DNA of 64,000 nt, taken from the NCBI GenBank assembly GCA_964016885.1, contig OZ024743.1:23374001-23438000 (forward strand), written 5' to 3'. The notes under the pieces were generated by a model. It saw only the letters and a program-made list of their open reading frames with translations, was not told the origin of the DNA and did not search any database. The position numbers and the translations under genes are program-made. The DNA is from Eledone cirrhosa (lineage: Eukaryota). The stretch's first letter is position 1. The number at the start of each line of letters is the position of its first letter. Positions 41,540 to 54,030 of the stretch are shown here, in pieces.

Positions 41540-43098
41540 TAGTCAGTTCTTAGATATGCCAGCTCTGTGTTTATGGTGTTGATGGTATCAGAGCCTTGGG
41601 ACATATGAGCTTGTTAGGGATAATTTAATGTTGTCAGCAGGAATAATCTTAATTCTCATTGGTCAGTTTGTAGATGCTAGTAGGGTTGGTATTTGACCTC
41701 AAAGAGGCAAGTGGTGTTGTAAAGTTCAAACCGTCAGGCAAGATGACAATAGTTCCATATGACTGATTTTCACAAAAAGCATTCTTGGTCAGATATATAT
41801 TCAATTGAGGTTTATAGTATGAAATTCGATACTACAGGTCATTCTTAAATTAAGGAATTTATGTGGGGTGGTATTACTGAAAATTATGGTTAGAGTAGAA
41901 TACTAGAAAATTTACATATAAAAAGACTTATATTAGTTGACTTGCACATACAGTCATATATATATACCAGGTGGACCATAACGCACCAGAGTACTCGATA
42001 CTTAGAGTAGTAGAGTGGGCAATAGGAAAAGGGTCAGGAGCTCAGCCGTCGGGGTCCTGACTATTTTCCTATATATATTTCGGTTGGCGGGATATATTAG
42101 ACAAACTAGGATAAGTCACTTTTGCTCATATACTATCTCAATAAATTAAAACTACCAATATTAGAAGAAGAATTCCCTCTTCAGGGAGAAATTCTTTGGA
42201 AGTAGAAAAAATATTGAATAGATTACATACAGATCATGTCGTTGTTGTAACCGTATGGTATCCAACAACTTCCGTCATTGAATTACTAAATGAACATATA
42301 ACTCTATATATACTAGGACGATCCGACGGGCTTTTTATGACGATATAAATAGCACCCTAATTCCAGAAACTGCAGTTAAAGATAATATATGAGTAAAACT
42401 GACTTATTTTAGTTTATCTAATCGAGATTTTGGCTTAAATTTAGTATGTTTATATATGGTGGCTGCCAACTCGTTTTCGAGTACGGCCAATACTTTATAT
42501 CCATGTAGGAGAACCCCTACCGATGCGCTGAACGAGTGTGACTTTTTAGTCCAGCCAGCGACTTGAAAACTCTGGTACAAACACTACACTTGCGACAATT
42601 ATTGACACATAGTGCTGGGCCCATGGTACCATGTGACGACAAGTGCAGAGAGATCTCCAGATATAAAGCAATGCCTGTGCCCTGAAGCTTTTATAGTGAG
42701 CAAAGGCACTGCACAAAGCCAGTCCCACTCTCTTAACCAAGATGATATTTACCAAAAAGAAGAACAAGTCAACATCATTGGATACCATCAGGTGTTATAT
42801 CAGAGTTTTCCTTCTCCTAGAATTCTGCATTGACAAAGGCTAAGGGGTCATCTCTCCCGGTGATTTTGGATGGCCATTGACTCTTAAGAGCTCCTTTGCC
42901 CTTTGACAGGTTTTGTTTATTGTCCTGCAGGATATCCAAAGTCACCCTCCTCACCAAGAAACCTTGGTGGGATTGCCAGTTTAGTCGCCAACGCCTCGAC
43001 CATGGGACAGGTTGTACTGGGATACATGTTACCAGTAGCACCAACTGGTGACCTGACATACGTTTATATGTTTATATATACATATGTTTATATATACA

Positions 43099-43203
<105 letters not shown>

Positions 43204-43400
43204 AGAGAGACTATTTTATTCGTATATCTTTATTTTATTATCTAATCCATTATATATATTTCAAAGATGCAAAGGTAGTTATATAATAACTACTTTATAC
43301 GTTTTCTTCAGATGAATCAAGATGTCTTTCCATTGATATGCTACTGGTTTAACGTGTCGTTAACCTCGATGTCCAGTACTCATATGAGTGTATATATATA

Positions 43401-43685
43401 TATAAAGAAAAAGAGATGAAATCGAAAATGCAACTGGAGTCTTTTTTTTTTTTTAAATATATATATATATTTGGTTCCTTTACCGGTTTCGCAGTTCTTC
43501 TGCTTTTCAAAAGGTGAGTTGAGATGGAGGGTCTGTGGTGAGAAAAACCACAGACCCTCCATCTCAACTCACCTTTTGAAAAGCAGAAGAACTGCGAAAC
43601 CGGTAAAGGAACCAAATAAATATATATATTTTTTTTTTAAATAAGACTCCAGTTGCATTTTCGATCTCATCTCTTTTTCTTTATA
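43401..43685. repeat. Fold-back pseudo-LTR with two U3-A8 HHRs (43477-43514 minus, 43572-43609 plus)
   Basis: Inverted arms centred near 43543. CCTT TTGAAAA GCAG aagaa CTGC GAAA CCGG TA AAGG. Confidence 0.8.
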
Positions 43686-43743
43686 CTTTCACTCGTGTAG
43701 GACACCTCGGTTATTTTTCATTTTGTAAAAAAAAACTCACTTT

Positions 43744-43821
<78 letters not shown>

Positions 43822-44314
43822 AGGTCTGACTAAACACACACGTGCTTACTCTCCCACCGAAATGTTAAGACTCTTTTCCTGCTATATCAAGCGTTATACT
43901 AATATATCTTCAATATACTTTATCTTTCCCATATGTTGCTTTTTCGTTTATTTTTCGAATATGTGTATAGTATAAAGTAATATGTTTTCGAATACGAAAG
44001 CAGATAATTATAGGTGAAGAAGTTATACAGATAAAAAATACGAGATTTATTACGTACACAAGCACCATTTCCTTGTATGATGCAGGGTTGTTGCTTTTTT
44101 AATGTAAACAAAACCACCCTGGTATGTTATATTTTTGTACGTAATGTCATGTTTATGGTAGCAATATCTTATGTAATTTCGATCATTCCTAATATTAAGA
44201 TTTTAATATTAAGGATGAAACGCACGTAAATTAAAATCTGATATAGTTAGCAGTGTTTGGCATATTTTTCAATGTTATATATATATATGATTCCTTCATG
44301 TCCACTTACATTAC

Positions 44315-44650
44315 GGAACGTCGGCGGCCCGTCTGAGGAAGGAGCCCCGCGAGGTGGGAAGGTTGTTGCAGCGGGTGTCGCTGGCCATTGTCCGCGAGAA
44401 TGTTTTTGCGGTATTGTCCGCGGGGCGCAGCCCCACTTACCGCCACGCCCTAGACCCAGAGCCCAATCATCCTTCCCTTCCCCCCTCCCATTCTGTGATA
44501 CTACAGTCCTTGCCATTCTCTCTCTTTTCCGTTTTTATTTCTCTTTTTTTATATTTTCCTATTTCACATTCCATTCTTTCTTCTCAATCTTTTTTTTTTC
44601 TTTTTCTGTTAAACTGTATTTACATATGTTCCATAAATAAAATTATAAAC
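44315..44650 (+). mobile_element. CRE-like LINE extreme 3' fragment
   Basis: GC-rich patch encoding REVGRLLQRVSLAIVRENVFAVL, like the QRLSxAIxRGNA end of CRE-type REL LINEs. Followed by AATAAA. Confidence 0.55.
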
Positions 44651-45897
44651 TTATTATAAAAATGGTGGGGGGGGGGGTAAAGAATAAAAAATCAATAAAT
44701 AAATAAAAAATAACGGAAGAATTGAATGAATAAATAAATATATAAGAATAAAAACAGTAAAGGAAATAAATGAATTACAGTGTACAATGTTTGATTGAAA
44801 GGCAAAGTTAATGATAGAGTTGGATACTTTTTCCCTCTCTCCTCTCCTCTCTTTATCCCCGCTCACTCGTGGCTCTCCGATCGAACGGCTATCAAGCTAC
44901 ACCACGTGATAGAAGATTTCCTTTCGGCGCGTCTGAAATGAGAACATTATGGTATACTAATTTATCTCCTTCAGTGAACTTTTATGGAAAAAAAAATTTG
45001 CACCAGAATAATCCTTCGTTCTGTTTTTATAGATTAATTCTTCTTGACTGCTAGAGTCGCCTCCCTGAGAGTTTCTCGCTTTGAGAAAGTTTTCTCCCTT
45101 TGTATGTTTTTTTGTTGTTGTTTTTTTCTGTTATTTGTATGGCGTTAAATCTCCCTAAGTCAAACCCCTTGTCTTCGTCATGGGAGATGAAAACAGAACA
45201 GATATGATGCCGGCTTATCGCACTCTCATTAAACGTGGAGAACTAATCACCCCCTTGTGAGTCCAAATTAATTACGATGACTATCCACTCAAATCTATCC
45301 CTCAGACAGGCAAACACTCTTAGTGGGTCTCCTACTGTGACAAGTTGTATAATGGTGGTAGATAAACCTGATGATGGATGAAACTTATATCTGATGAACA
45401 ATAACAAACATTGCTTCTTAAATAATTTACATTAAGAAAATAACTCATATCGAAGCTACTGTTGACAGTACAGGGAAACAAGGGACCAAGTGAATAGTGT
45501 GTTGTGTTTGTGTGGTTAGTTGGGGTGAATGCATTGAACTAACCTTTATCGAGATACCAACCCTGCTGATAAGGTTGAAGTGTTTGACTAAGCACTACAT
45601 CCCTCTTCCAGCTAGAGCAACTCCTTCCAAGAAACGAGAGTGGAATGGCTTTAAGAAAATTTAATCTCAAATAACCCCAAGATGGTCAGTGTCTTATCCT
45701 ACCAATACATTTTTTACATATAACCTCAGTTACAAAGGAAAGAAAATCAAAATAAAATTGTTTTTTAATAGAAGCAATATTTTATTTTAACCAAAGCTAC
45801 ATGAATAAATAATAAAAACACTGACACTTCAGTTCTAATAACTAATGTCATTCATTTCAGATTATTTTCAAATTTTATATGAAAGTGCCTGAATAGC

Positions 45898-46339
45898 TTA
45901 ACCGTTTAGCATTTAAACTGACCGTATCAGGCCAGAATTCTCTCACTTCTTTCTATTCAAACCGGCCATAACCAGCCACTCATACTGATGTTAAGGTATT
46001 GTTCTCAAAATAAATAATATGAAAATCTTATAGATTCAATATTATGTGAGATAATTATGTGAGGTAAAGGCTTTACCCCCAAAATAGTAAATATAGAGTA
46101 ATGTAAATATTAAAGAGTTAACCCTTTAGCAATTGCATTGCTCTACTATTGTATTTTTGTGGTTAAGGCTTTATCTCACATAATTATCTCACATAATGTC
46201 GAATTTACGAAATTTTGATGATGACATTATTTATTTTGAGATCAATACCTAAACATTAGTATGAGCAGCCAGTTATGACCAGTTTGAACAGAAAGAAATC
46301 AGATAATTCTGGCCAGATCGGCAAATGCGAAAGGGTTAA
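45898..46339. mobile_element. Two inverted TTAA-flanked MITEs of about 215 bp (piggyBac-type ends)
   Basis: TTAA at 45898, 46118 and 46336. CC(C/G)TTTAGCA..AAAG(G/A)G termini. The two halves are imperfect reverse complements. Confidence 0.65.
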
Positions 46340-46748
46340 AACATTTCAATAGTTAAAAGCAATGTGAAAATCTATCTGGGACTTCCTTTTATTCAGTTTT
46401 TATGTCATTATCATATTGATGGTGTTTGAATTCAACAACAAAAACACCTTTAATTTAAACAACAGAAATTATCTTAGTATATAAGCAAATTTTAAAAGAA
46501 GAAAAACAATCAAATGTAATTAATTGTATGTTTGTAGTTCACTTTGTACCATGGTGCCTGTTTTGATAAGCAAAATAAACCAAAGAAGCAAGACCATTCT
46601 TTAATGATTCCTTCAAGGCAGAAGCATTTCAATGCATTATTTGCCATTTCTTCACTTTTATTCCTGTTTTTTATAATCTTCTCATAATTCTTGTTGTTTT
46701 TCGTATATTTCACTACATAAGAATAAATGTATCACTGAAAATAAAAAA

Positions 46749-47014
46749 CTAGAAAAACAAAAACCTAATCAATGTAATAATATCTGGAATTATAATTATG
46801 GCAGTTAAAATAGTGAGGAAAGCGATAGCTAATGCACCCATAGCTTGTGATGAAGGTCTGTTATCTGTGGCACTTATTTTCTTGGCAATATACCTCGATG
46901 TTTCATTTAAATTTACAATTAGTTCTTTTCGGATCTTTTGCATTCGTTTTGCAAGATCTTGGGTTGATTCCACAAAACAAGGACATGGACATAAAGTTCC
47001 ATTTTCAGAGGAAT
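46749..47014 (-). CDS. Terminal coding exon of a mucin-like single-pass membrane protein
   Basis: Acceptor ttttattcacag, phase 1. Encodes CPCPC..IRKELIV..KKISATDNRPSSQAMG followed by a hydrophobic TM segment, then TAG. The motif resembles a common uncharacterised molluscan C-terminal module (recalled, not searched). Confidence 0.8.
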
Positions 47015-47568
47015 CTGTGAATAAAATATAAATTTCTAACATAGAAACAAGGTAACAAAATTTGAAGGAAGGATATAGTTGATTACCAACCCAGTTGATT
47101 ACATCAACCCAGTACTTGACTACTACAATATTTAACAATCTTGTAATGATGAAAGGTAAAGTCAACTCCATCCACAGTTGAACTCAAAGAGTAAAAAGAT
47201 CACTAAATATCATGCAATATTTTGTTCATAGCTCTACTGACTGTGTAAACCCCTCATCCTAGACATAAACATGACTGTGTAGTTAAGGCATTTGATGTAC
47301 ATCCACATAGCTCCACATTCAATTCTAGAGAGCGGCAGCTTCAGCAAGTAAAAATTATCTTGTATAATTTCATGTTGACTGGTGTGGAGTCCCGTCATAC
47401 ATGTGTGTGCATATGTGTCTTAGTGGTTAGAGTGTTCATAATCACCTGACACACACAGTCACATCTCATAATGGTTTCTAATTCTGTCATAAGACCAGAT
47501 ATTTAGGACAGAAGGGAAATTCAATTATATATATATATATATATATATATAAGTCTAAAATCTGTCTT

Positions 47569-47649
47569 AAGCCAGGCGGCTCATTTGGCTGGTGCTTATC
47601 CCGGTTTCATGGCGTGAAGCGACTGAGAGTACAACACTCCCTCCTGGAC
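47569..47649 (-). mobile_element. Meta-SINE-like domain fragment
   Basis: Minus strand TCCAGGAGGGAGTGTTGTACTCTCAGTCGCTTCACGCCATGAAACCGGGATAAGCACCAGCC resembles the Meta domain. Confidence 0.5.
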
Positions 47650-48084
47650 ATATATATATAAATATAGCCGTCTAGTGTGTATATATATATATATATATAT
47701 ATACATGAGATGGCTACCCATGAAAAGAAAGGAAATTTTCACAAATTTAGTTTTTTTCCCATTTCTATTAAACTTTAACCGGAAGCCAAACTGTTGATTC
47801 TAGACTATAAGCTTTGAATCGTAGCCATTACACACTTCTAATCTTATACACTAACCCTATGCCGTGCATGCTTTGGTGGTTACTACTTCTATACCTGAAC
47901 GGAATAAATAACAGAAATACCTATATTTATCGTTTAATACAGGTATGGCCATTGTTGTGTGGTTAAAAGGGAGGCAGAGATACCATGTGGCTTTAGATTC
48001 GTTCAGGTGTCTTCTACTGTAGACTAGGGCTGACCAATATCTTGTGAGTGAAATTTGGAAAAGGAATATTATTAAATTACATAC

Positions 48085-48342
48085 TCTTTATATATGAAGT
48101 TGACAATCCAGGCATGGCTGTTTCTTTTGTTGTTATTCCTGTCATTGGTTTTGTTGTTGGTGGCACTGTCTCTGTTGTCATTCCTTTTTCCATCTTCTCT
48201 GTCTTTCTTGATGTTGGTGTTGTTGTTGGTGTTGATATTGTTGTTGGTGGTGCTGTAGTTGCTAATATTGTTGTTGGTGGTGCTGTTGTTGGGGCTAATG
48301 AGGTTTTGGGGATTTTTGTTGATACTGTATAATTAGCTTTGC
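48085..48342 (-). CDS. Internal Pro/Thr-rich mucin exon (258 bp, phase 1-1)
   Basis: aaacag..gtatgt borders; open frame KANYTVSTKIPKTSLAPTTAPPTTILATT..STSYIK. Confidence 0.8.
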
Positions 48343-48451
48343 CTGTTTAGAAAAACAACATACATTCAGATTGTTGTTGTAGATATTGTATATAATTCTG
48401 ATAGAAAACAACTATGCTAAGACCAACTAATGTCTGAGGGCTGTTAAATTT

Positions 48452-49460
48452 TTCATACGAGGAAAAATTCTTATTGGAACCACCAATAATTGGAGAATCC
48501 ACCATACACTTCAGGGGAATTTAATTCTTCAGAAGCTAGGAGAATTTAACCAAGAAACCATACATATTGTTCCATTTGCTGAGGCAGCATGCTGGAATAA
48601 AAACACACATGGCGTTACATGATCAAAAATCTCCTAACATATTAGGACAATGTGACAGGCTTATAATGTTGCTAGATGTAGCAACCAAAGGACCCTCTGG
48701 TCCAAGTAGACACATTAAGGTGTAGTTTAATAATGATTAAAGGTTAATTAGTCCCTAATATTTAAACATCTCAATGAGAGGAATCTCTCAGAGAAGCAAT
48801 ATTATATATTAAAATTAAGTGAGAAAAAACTCTCTTTATGGGAGTACAAACAAGATAGACAAAATAATATTCTATCTAGACTTGCTTATATATAGATGTC
48901 CCTACCGTGGTTTCATATGGGGAAGAATTTTTATTGGAATCACCAATGATTGAAGAATTCGCCATACACTTCAGGGGAATTTAATTCTTCAAAAGCTAAG
49001 AAAAATTGACCAAGAAATCATACATACCGTTTCATTTGCCGAGGTAATATGCTGGCATAAAGACATGCGTAACATGTAGCATTAAATGATCAAAAATCTC
49101 CTAACATATTAGGACTATGTGACAGGATTATAAAGTCGTTAGAAATAGCAGCCAAAGACCGACTGGAAAAACTGAACAACTTAAGGAGTTGTTGAATATT
49201 AATCAAAGGTAAATTAGTCTCCCATACTTAAAAATCACCATACTCTTCAGTGCTTCTCTGAGAGATTCCTCTCATTGAGATTTTTAAGTATCATCATCAT
49301 CATCATCACCGTTTAACCGTTTTACTGAAGAGTATAGTGGATTCTTCAATTATTGGTGGTACCAATAAGAATTCTACCCCATATGAAACCACGGTAGGAA
49401 GATCTATATATAAGCGAGTTTAGATAGAATATTTTTTTTGTCTGTCTTCTTTGTACTTCC
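48452..49460 (-). mobile_element. Intronic HHR-bearing repeat (460-nt period) with inverted segments
   Basis: 48462-48790 is repeated at +460. HHRs at 48900-48977(-), 48452-48517(-, truncated) and 49325-49399(+, inverted). Confidence 0.65.
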
Positions 49461-49724
49461 TGAAACCCTGAAACCCTTCTAATTTATACACTAACCCTAT
49501 GCTGTACATGTTTTGGTGGTTACTACTTCTATACCTGAATGAAATAAATAACAGAAATACCTATATTTATAATTAATTACAGGTATGGCCATGGTTGTGT
49601 GGTTAAAAGGGAGGCAGAGATACCATGTGGTTTTAGATTCGTTCAGGTGTCTTCTACTGTAGACTAGGGCTGACCAATATCTTGTGAGTGAAATTTGGAA
49701 AAGGAATATTATTAAATTACATAC

Positions 49725-50012
49725 TCTTTATATATGAAGTTGACAATCCAGGCATGGCTGTTTCTTTTGTTGTTATTCCTGTCATTGGTTTTGTTGTTGG
49801 TGGCACTGTCTCTGTTGCCATTCCTTTTTCTATCTTCCCTCTCTTTCTTGGTGTTGGTGTTGTTGTTGGTGATGATATTGTTGTTGGTGGTGCTGTAGTT
49901 GCTAATATTGTTGTTGGTGGTGCTGTAGTTGCTAATATTGTTGTTGGTGGTGCTGTTGTTGGAGCTAATGAGGTTTCTGGGCTTTTTGTTGATACTGTAT
50001 AATTAGCTTTGC
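49725..50012 (-). CDS. Internal Pro/Thr-rich mucin exon (288 bp, phase 1-1), duplicate of 48085-48342
   Basis: Same splice sites; one extra 30-bp PPTTILATTA unit; frame open. Confidence 0.8.
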
Positions 50013-50251
50013 CTGTTTAAAAAACAACATACCTTCAGATTGTTGTTGTAGATATTGTATATAATTCTGATAGAAAACAAATTTCCTGCCAAATATGCTA
50101 AGACCAATGAATGTCTGAGGACTATTAGATTTTTCATACAAAACGAATTAATATTGACTGTTAAGTTTTTAGTAAAATTTCCTTGTTTGATACCTAAAAA
50201 GAAAAATATGCGAGCCACAGACTAGATATCTTAGTCACCTCTCTCTTAGTT

Positions 50252-50760
50252 CATCATCATCATCATCTTCGTTTAACGTACATCTTCCACGCTAGCATGG
50301 GTTAGACAGGAGTTGTCCCACTTGAGGCAAGGTTAGTCGGGTGACCGTGTCTCGCTCATATAGGACTATCTGGCAGGTTTTCTATGGCTGGATGCCCTTC
50401 CTAACACCAACCACATTTACAGTGTGGAACTGGGAACTTTTTACCGTGTTACCTACATGGCCACATTACAGCATGGACTGTGTGTCTTTTTGTTGTGACA
50501 CCTACACGATCTCGATCTCGATCTCGATCTCATTTATTTGGACTGGATGTTGTGGTACCAACTTTGCAGAGTGAGGGTGGTGTTGGTGGGAGTGGGAGGA
50601 TGGAGTAGGGGTACTGGGTTGGGGTGTATATTTGGTTAAGAGGTGCCTACTGACTGTAGGTTTCGCTTTGTACATAGGCAAGGCGGGTCTTCTGTATTAC
50701 TGCGTAGCGCCAAAGATCTCAGTCCAGTGACATTGTCTTAGAGAGGTGCAAGTTGTAAAT
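50252..50760 (-). mobile_element. RTE LINE 3' end
   Basis: Homologous to 2829-3250; (CAT)n tail. Confidence 0.7.
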
Positions 50761-50909
50761 TCAAACTATTCCTGTTTTTTTTTCATCTCAACAAGTCAAT
50801 AAAACAAATATCAATATGGTGAGATATGTTAAATCAATAAGAACCCTATTCCTTAAGAAGATCAGTAAATATCAGGCATTGAATAAAACATTGTGAATCT
50901 CATACTTAC

Positions 50910-50990
50910 TGCCATACATTTTCACCTTGTTTTTAACGAGGTTCACAATACCTCACTCTATGCTAGTTATTTGGGTTTTTGATGGAAAGA
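50910..50990 (-). other. Candidate 81-bp exon (phase 1-1) with an in-frame TGA
   Basis: Acceptor tttctctgttcacttttgtcag, donor gtaagt. Reads FFPSKTQITSIE*GIVNLVKNKVKMYG. Confidence 0.45.
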
Positions 50991-51638
50991 CTGACAAAAG
51001 TGAACAGAGAAAACAAAATCATCTGTTTGTCTAACATAGAATAGTTTATTTCATCAATATTAGATTGAAACTGCCTTCAAATCTTTGTGTAAATCTCAAA
51101 GTTAACAATAAGTGAATCATGATTAGAAACTACAGAATTGGTGTGTATTGGGGTGTTTTGTAAGAAAGAGAAACAGATAGGCTAATGACATGGAGGTGGA
51201 TTTAGAGAAAGTAAGAGAAGTAACATGATAAGCTGTCAGTCAGATGACTTGGAGGCAGCAGGAGTGGCCAAAATTGGCCTCAGCCAAAGTTTGCAGTCGA
51301 ATATAAGAGCGAGCTGGCGGCAGAAAAAAACTTCCCGCTGGTGCTAGTCACTGGCGCTGGAATTAATGAATATTAATATGCCAATGCATGCAATATGAAA
51401 TTAGCCATAGATTCGTACAATATAAATTTGGATAATTTACGATGTTGCAACACAATAAATTTATAAGAAAAAGAAAAAAGAAGAAAATAGTAACCTAGAA
51501 AATGTATGATGATATACACCAAGCCTTCCCAAAGAGAAGGTCTCGAGTGAAATTATGATTTTTTTAATGTTATATTTTATTGTTGGTTATTTGCTGGTTA
51601 TTGAAATTTCTCCTGCAAAAAATGATACTTCCTGATTG

Positions 51639-51824
51639 CAGACCTGGGAGATTCCCCGTCAAACCGGGAGATCTCCTTTGGGTGGGTGAGAGATGTCTTC
51701 TCTTGTGAAAATGGGTACATCTTTCATTTTGTAAAGTCTCCCCATTTTGCAACATTTCTCCCTGTTTTGGAGCACTTTTTCTCATGGTAATCCCCGTTTA
51801 GGTTTTTAGAGGTTGGCAGGTCTG
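51639..51824. mobile_element. Small MITE-like element
   Basis: Termini CAGACCTG..CAGGTCTG; internal TCTCCC(C)nTTTTG subrepeats; imperfect TGATTG/TGAGTG flanks. Confidence 0.45.
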
Positions 51825-52722
51825 TGAGTGTACATTTAAGAACAAATCCACAGGTTTGATATTTAATAATAACTGTGCCAAAAACTTCAAATGACACAAC
51901 TAAGAACGGTTATGGTCGATAAATTTATTTCTCAATTTAAAAAGTGTGGAAAGACCTGATCTACACCAGCAACACATAAATAGATAAAATACATAAAATA
52001 AGATACATTCATGTGCCATGGGGAAAAATGTGTTGAGACCTGTTAAGAGAGGTTTTCCAGTGCTCCTCGCAATATCGTTATCTTTTGTTCTGGCAGCGGT
52101 TCTAGATGTATGTATTACCCGCTTGTATGGTTTTTTTTCCTTTACCTTTTCTTATTTTCCTTTTTATTTGTAATATTATGATGACGGTTATGTTGACAAA
52201 ATAAATGACATGATGTATAAATAAAATGTATGTTGGGAGGATGAGAATAAAGTTGAGAAATATCTCTTCAAAGGCCCCATACAGGGTAACAGAACTAACT
52301 TCCTTCCACTGCACATGAGCTTACCTTATTGTACAAATTTTATTTACAAATATATAGAAGCATGCAATGAATAGTTAGGGTTGTGGTATACATTAGTAGC
52401 ATTAGCTGATCATGAAGAGCATTATATTCTGAGTGTGTGGATGACATACAGGAATTTACTATATTTGTTTTGTTGCTTTTGTTGTTAATGTTGTTGTTTT
52501 GCACAGATTATCTCCAACTGAACAGACTTATCAGTCCAACTTTTTTTCAGATATAGTGTATTTAAGACTACATTATCCAATGTGTTTTTCCCTTTCTTGA
52601 AAGGCAGGTGAAGTATGATTTGAAGGAGATTTGGCTACTATTTCTAGCAGGTTGAGTAACCACATTCAGGTTCTTTTTGGGGGATAAAGATTAAGCCAAT
52701 GGATATAGATAAATTTTCTTAC

Positions 52723-52821
52723 ATAATTGTAATATTCCGCTTTCAGGTAATTGTAAATTACAGCTAGCAAAAGTATCATTATACAGGCTTATGTCTTCGG
52801 TGCCCCTACATCGGTGTGGCA
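52723..52821 (-). CDS. Candidate internal exon (99 bp, phase 1-1) of the mucin-like gene
   Basis: Acceptor aattcttgtttcag, donor gtaag. Only the phase-1 frame is open: PHRCRGTEDISLYNDTFASCNLQLPESGILQL. Confidence 0.6.
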
Positions 52822-52916
52822 CTGAAACAAGAATTACAAGTTATATGTATAAAAACACTCATATATCATCATTAGTTGCAACAGCAACCAACACTAATAT
52901 TAACAAAGGTAGAAAG

Positions 52917-53168
52917 TGGTGGTGATGGTGGTGGCGGTGGTGGTGGCGGTGGCAGTGGCAGTGCTGGTGGTGGTGGTGGCGGCAGTGGCAGTGCTGGTGG
53001 TGGTGGTGGTGGTGGTGGTGGTGGTGGTGGTGGCAGTGGCAGTGCTGGCGGTGGTGGTGGCGGCAGTGGCAGTGCTGGTGGTGGTGGTGATGGTGGTGGC
53101 GGTGGTGGTGGCGGTGGCAGTGGCAGTGCTGGCGGTGGTGGTGGCGGCAGTGGCAGTGCTGGTGGTGG

Positions 53169-53199
<31 letters not shown>

Positions 53200-54030
53200 G
53201 GTGGTGGTGGTGGTGGTGGTGGTGGTGGTGATGGTGGTGGTGGTGCTGGTGCTGGTAGTGGTGGTGGTAGTGGCAGTGCTGGTGGTGGTGGTGGTGGTGG
53301 TGGTGGTGATGGCAGTGGTGGTGGTGATGGCAGGGCTGGTGGTGGTGGTGGTGGTGGTGGTGATGGCAGTGGCAGTGGTGGTGGTGGTGGTGGTGGTGGT
53401 GATGGCAGTGCTGGTGGTGGCAGTGGTTGTGGTGGTGGTGGTGGTGGTGGTGCTGGTGGTGGTGGTGGCAGTGGTGGTGGTGCTGGTGGTGGTGGTGGTG
53501 GTGGTGGCAGTGCTGGTGATGGTGGTGGCAGTGGTGGTGGTGGTGGTGGTGCTGGTGGTGGTGGCGGTGGTGGCGGTGGCAGTGCTGGTGGTGGTGGTGG
53601 TGGCGGCAGTGGCAGTGGTGGTGGTGGTGGTGGTGGGAGTGCTGGTGGTGGTGGTGGTGGTGGTGGTGGTGGCGGTGGTGGCAGTGCTGGTGGTGGTGGT
53701 GGTGGTGGTGGCGGCGGTGGCAGTGCTGGTGGTGGTGGTGGTGGCAGTGGTGGTGGTGGTGGTGGTGGTGGTGGTGGCAATGGCAGTGCTGGTGGTGGTG
53801 TTGGCGGCGGTGGCAGTGCTGGTGGTGGTGGTGGTGGCGGCAGTGGCAGTGCTGGTGGTGGTGGTGGTGGCGGCAGTGACAGTGCTGGTGGTGGTGGTGG
53901 TGGTGGCAGTGGCAGTGCTGGTGGTGGTGGTGGTGGCGGCAGTGGCAGTGCTGGTGGTGGTGGTGGTGGCGGCAGTGGCAGTGCTGGTGGTGGTGGTGGT
54001 GGTGGCAGTGACAGTGCTGGTGGTGTTGGT
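52917..54030. repeat. Compound (GGT)n/GGCAGTGCT trinucleotide-register repeat
   Basis: About 1.1 kb of GGT runs punctuated by GGCAGT and GCT, with no frame-breaking indels. Confidence 0.95.

Noticed and set aside
45360-45395. CTGATGA..GAAAC hammerhead-like spacing
   Set aside because: No convincing stem I, II or III.
48048-50002. Plus-strand Val/Gly-rich hydrophobic ORFs
   Set aside because: Antisense shadows of the minus-strand Pro/Thr exons, which have proper splice sites.
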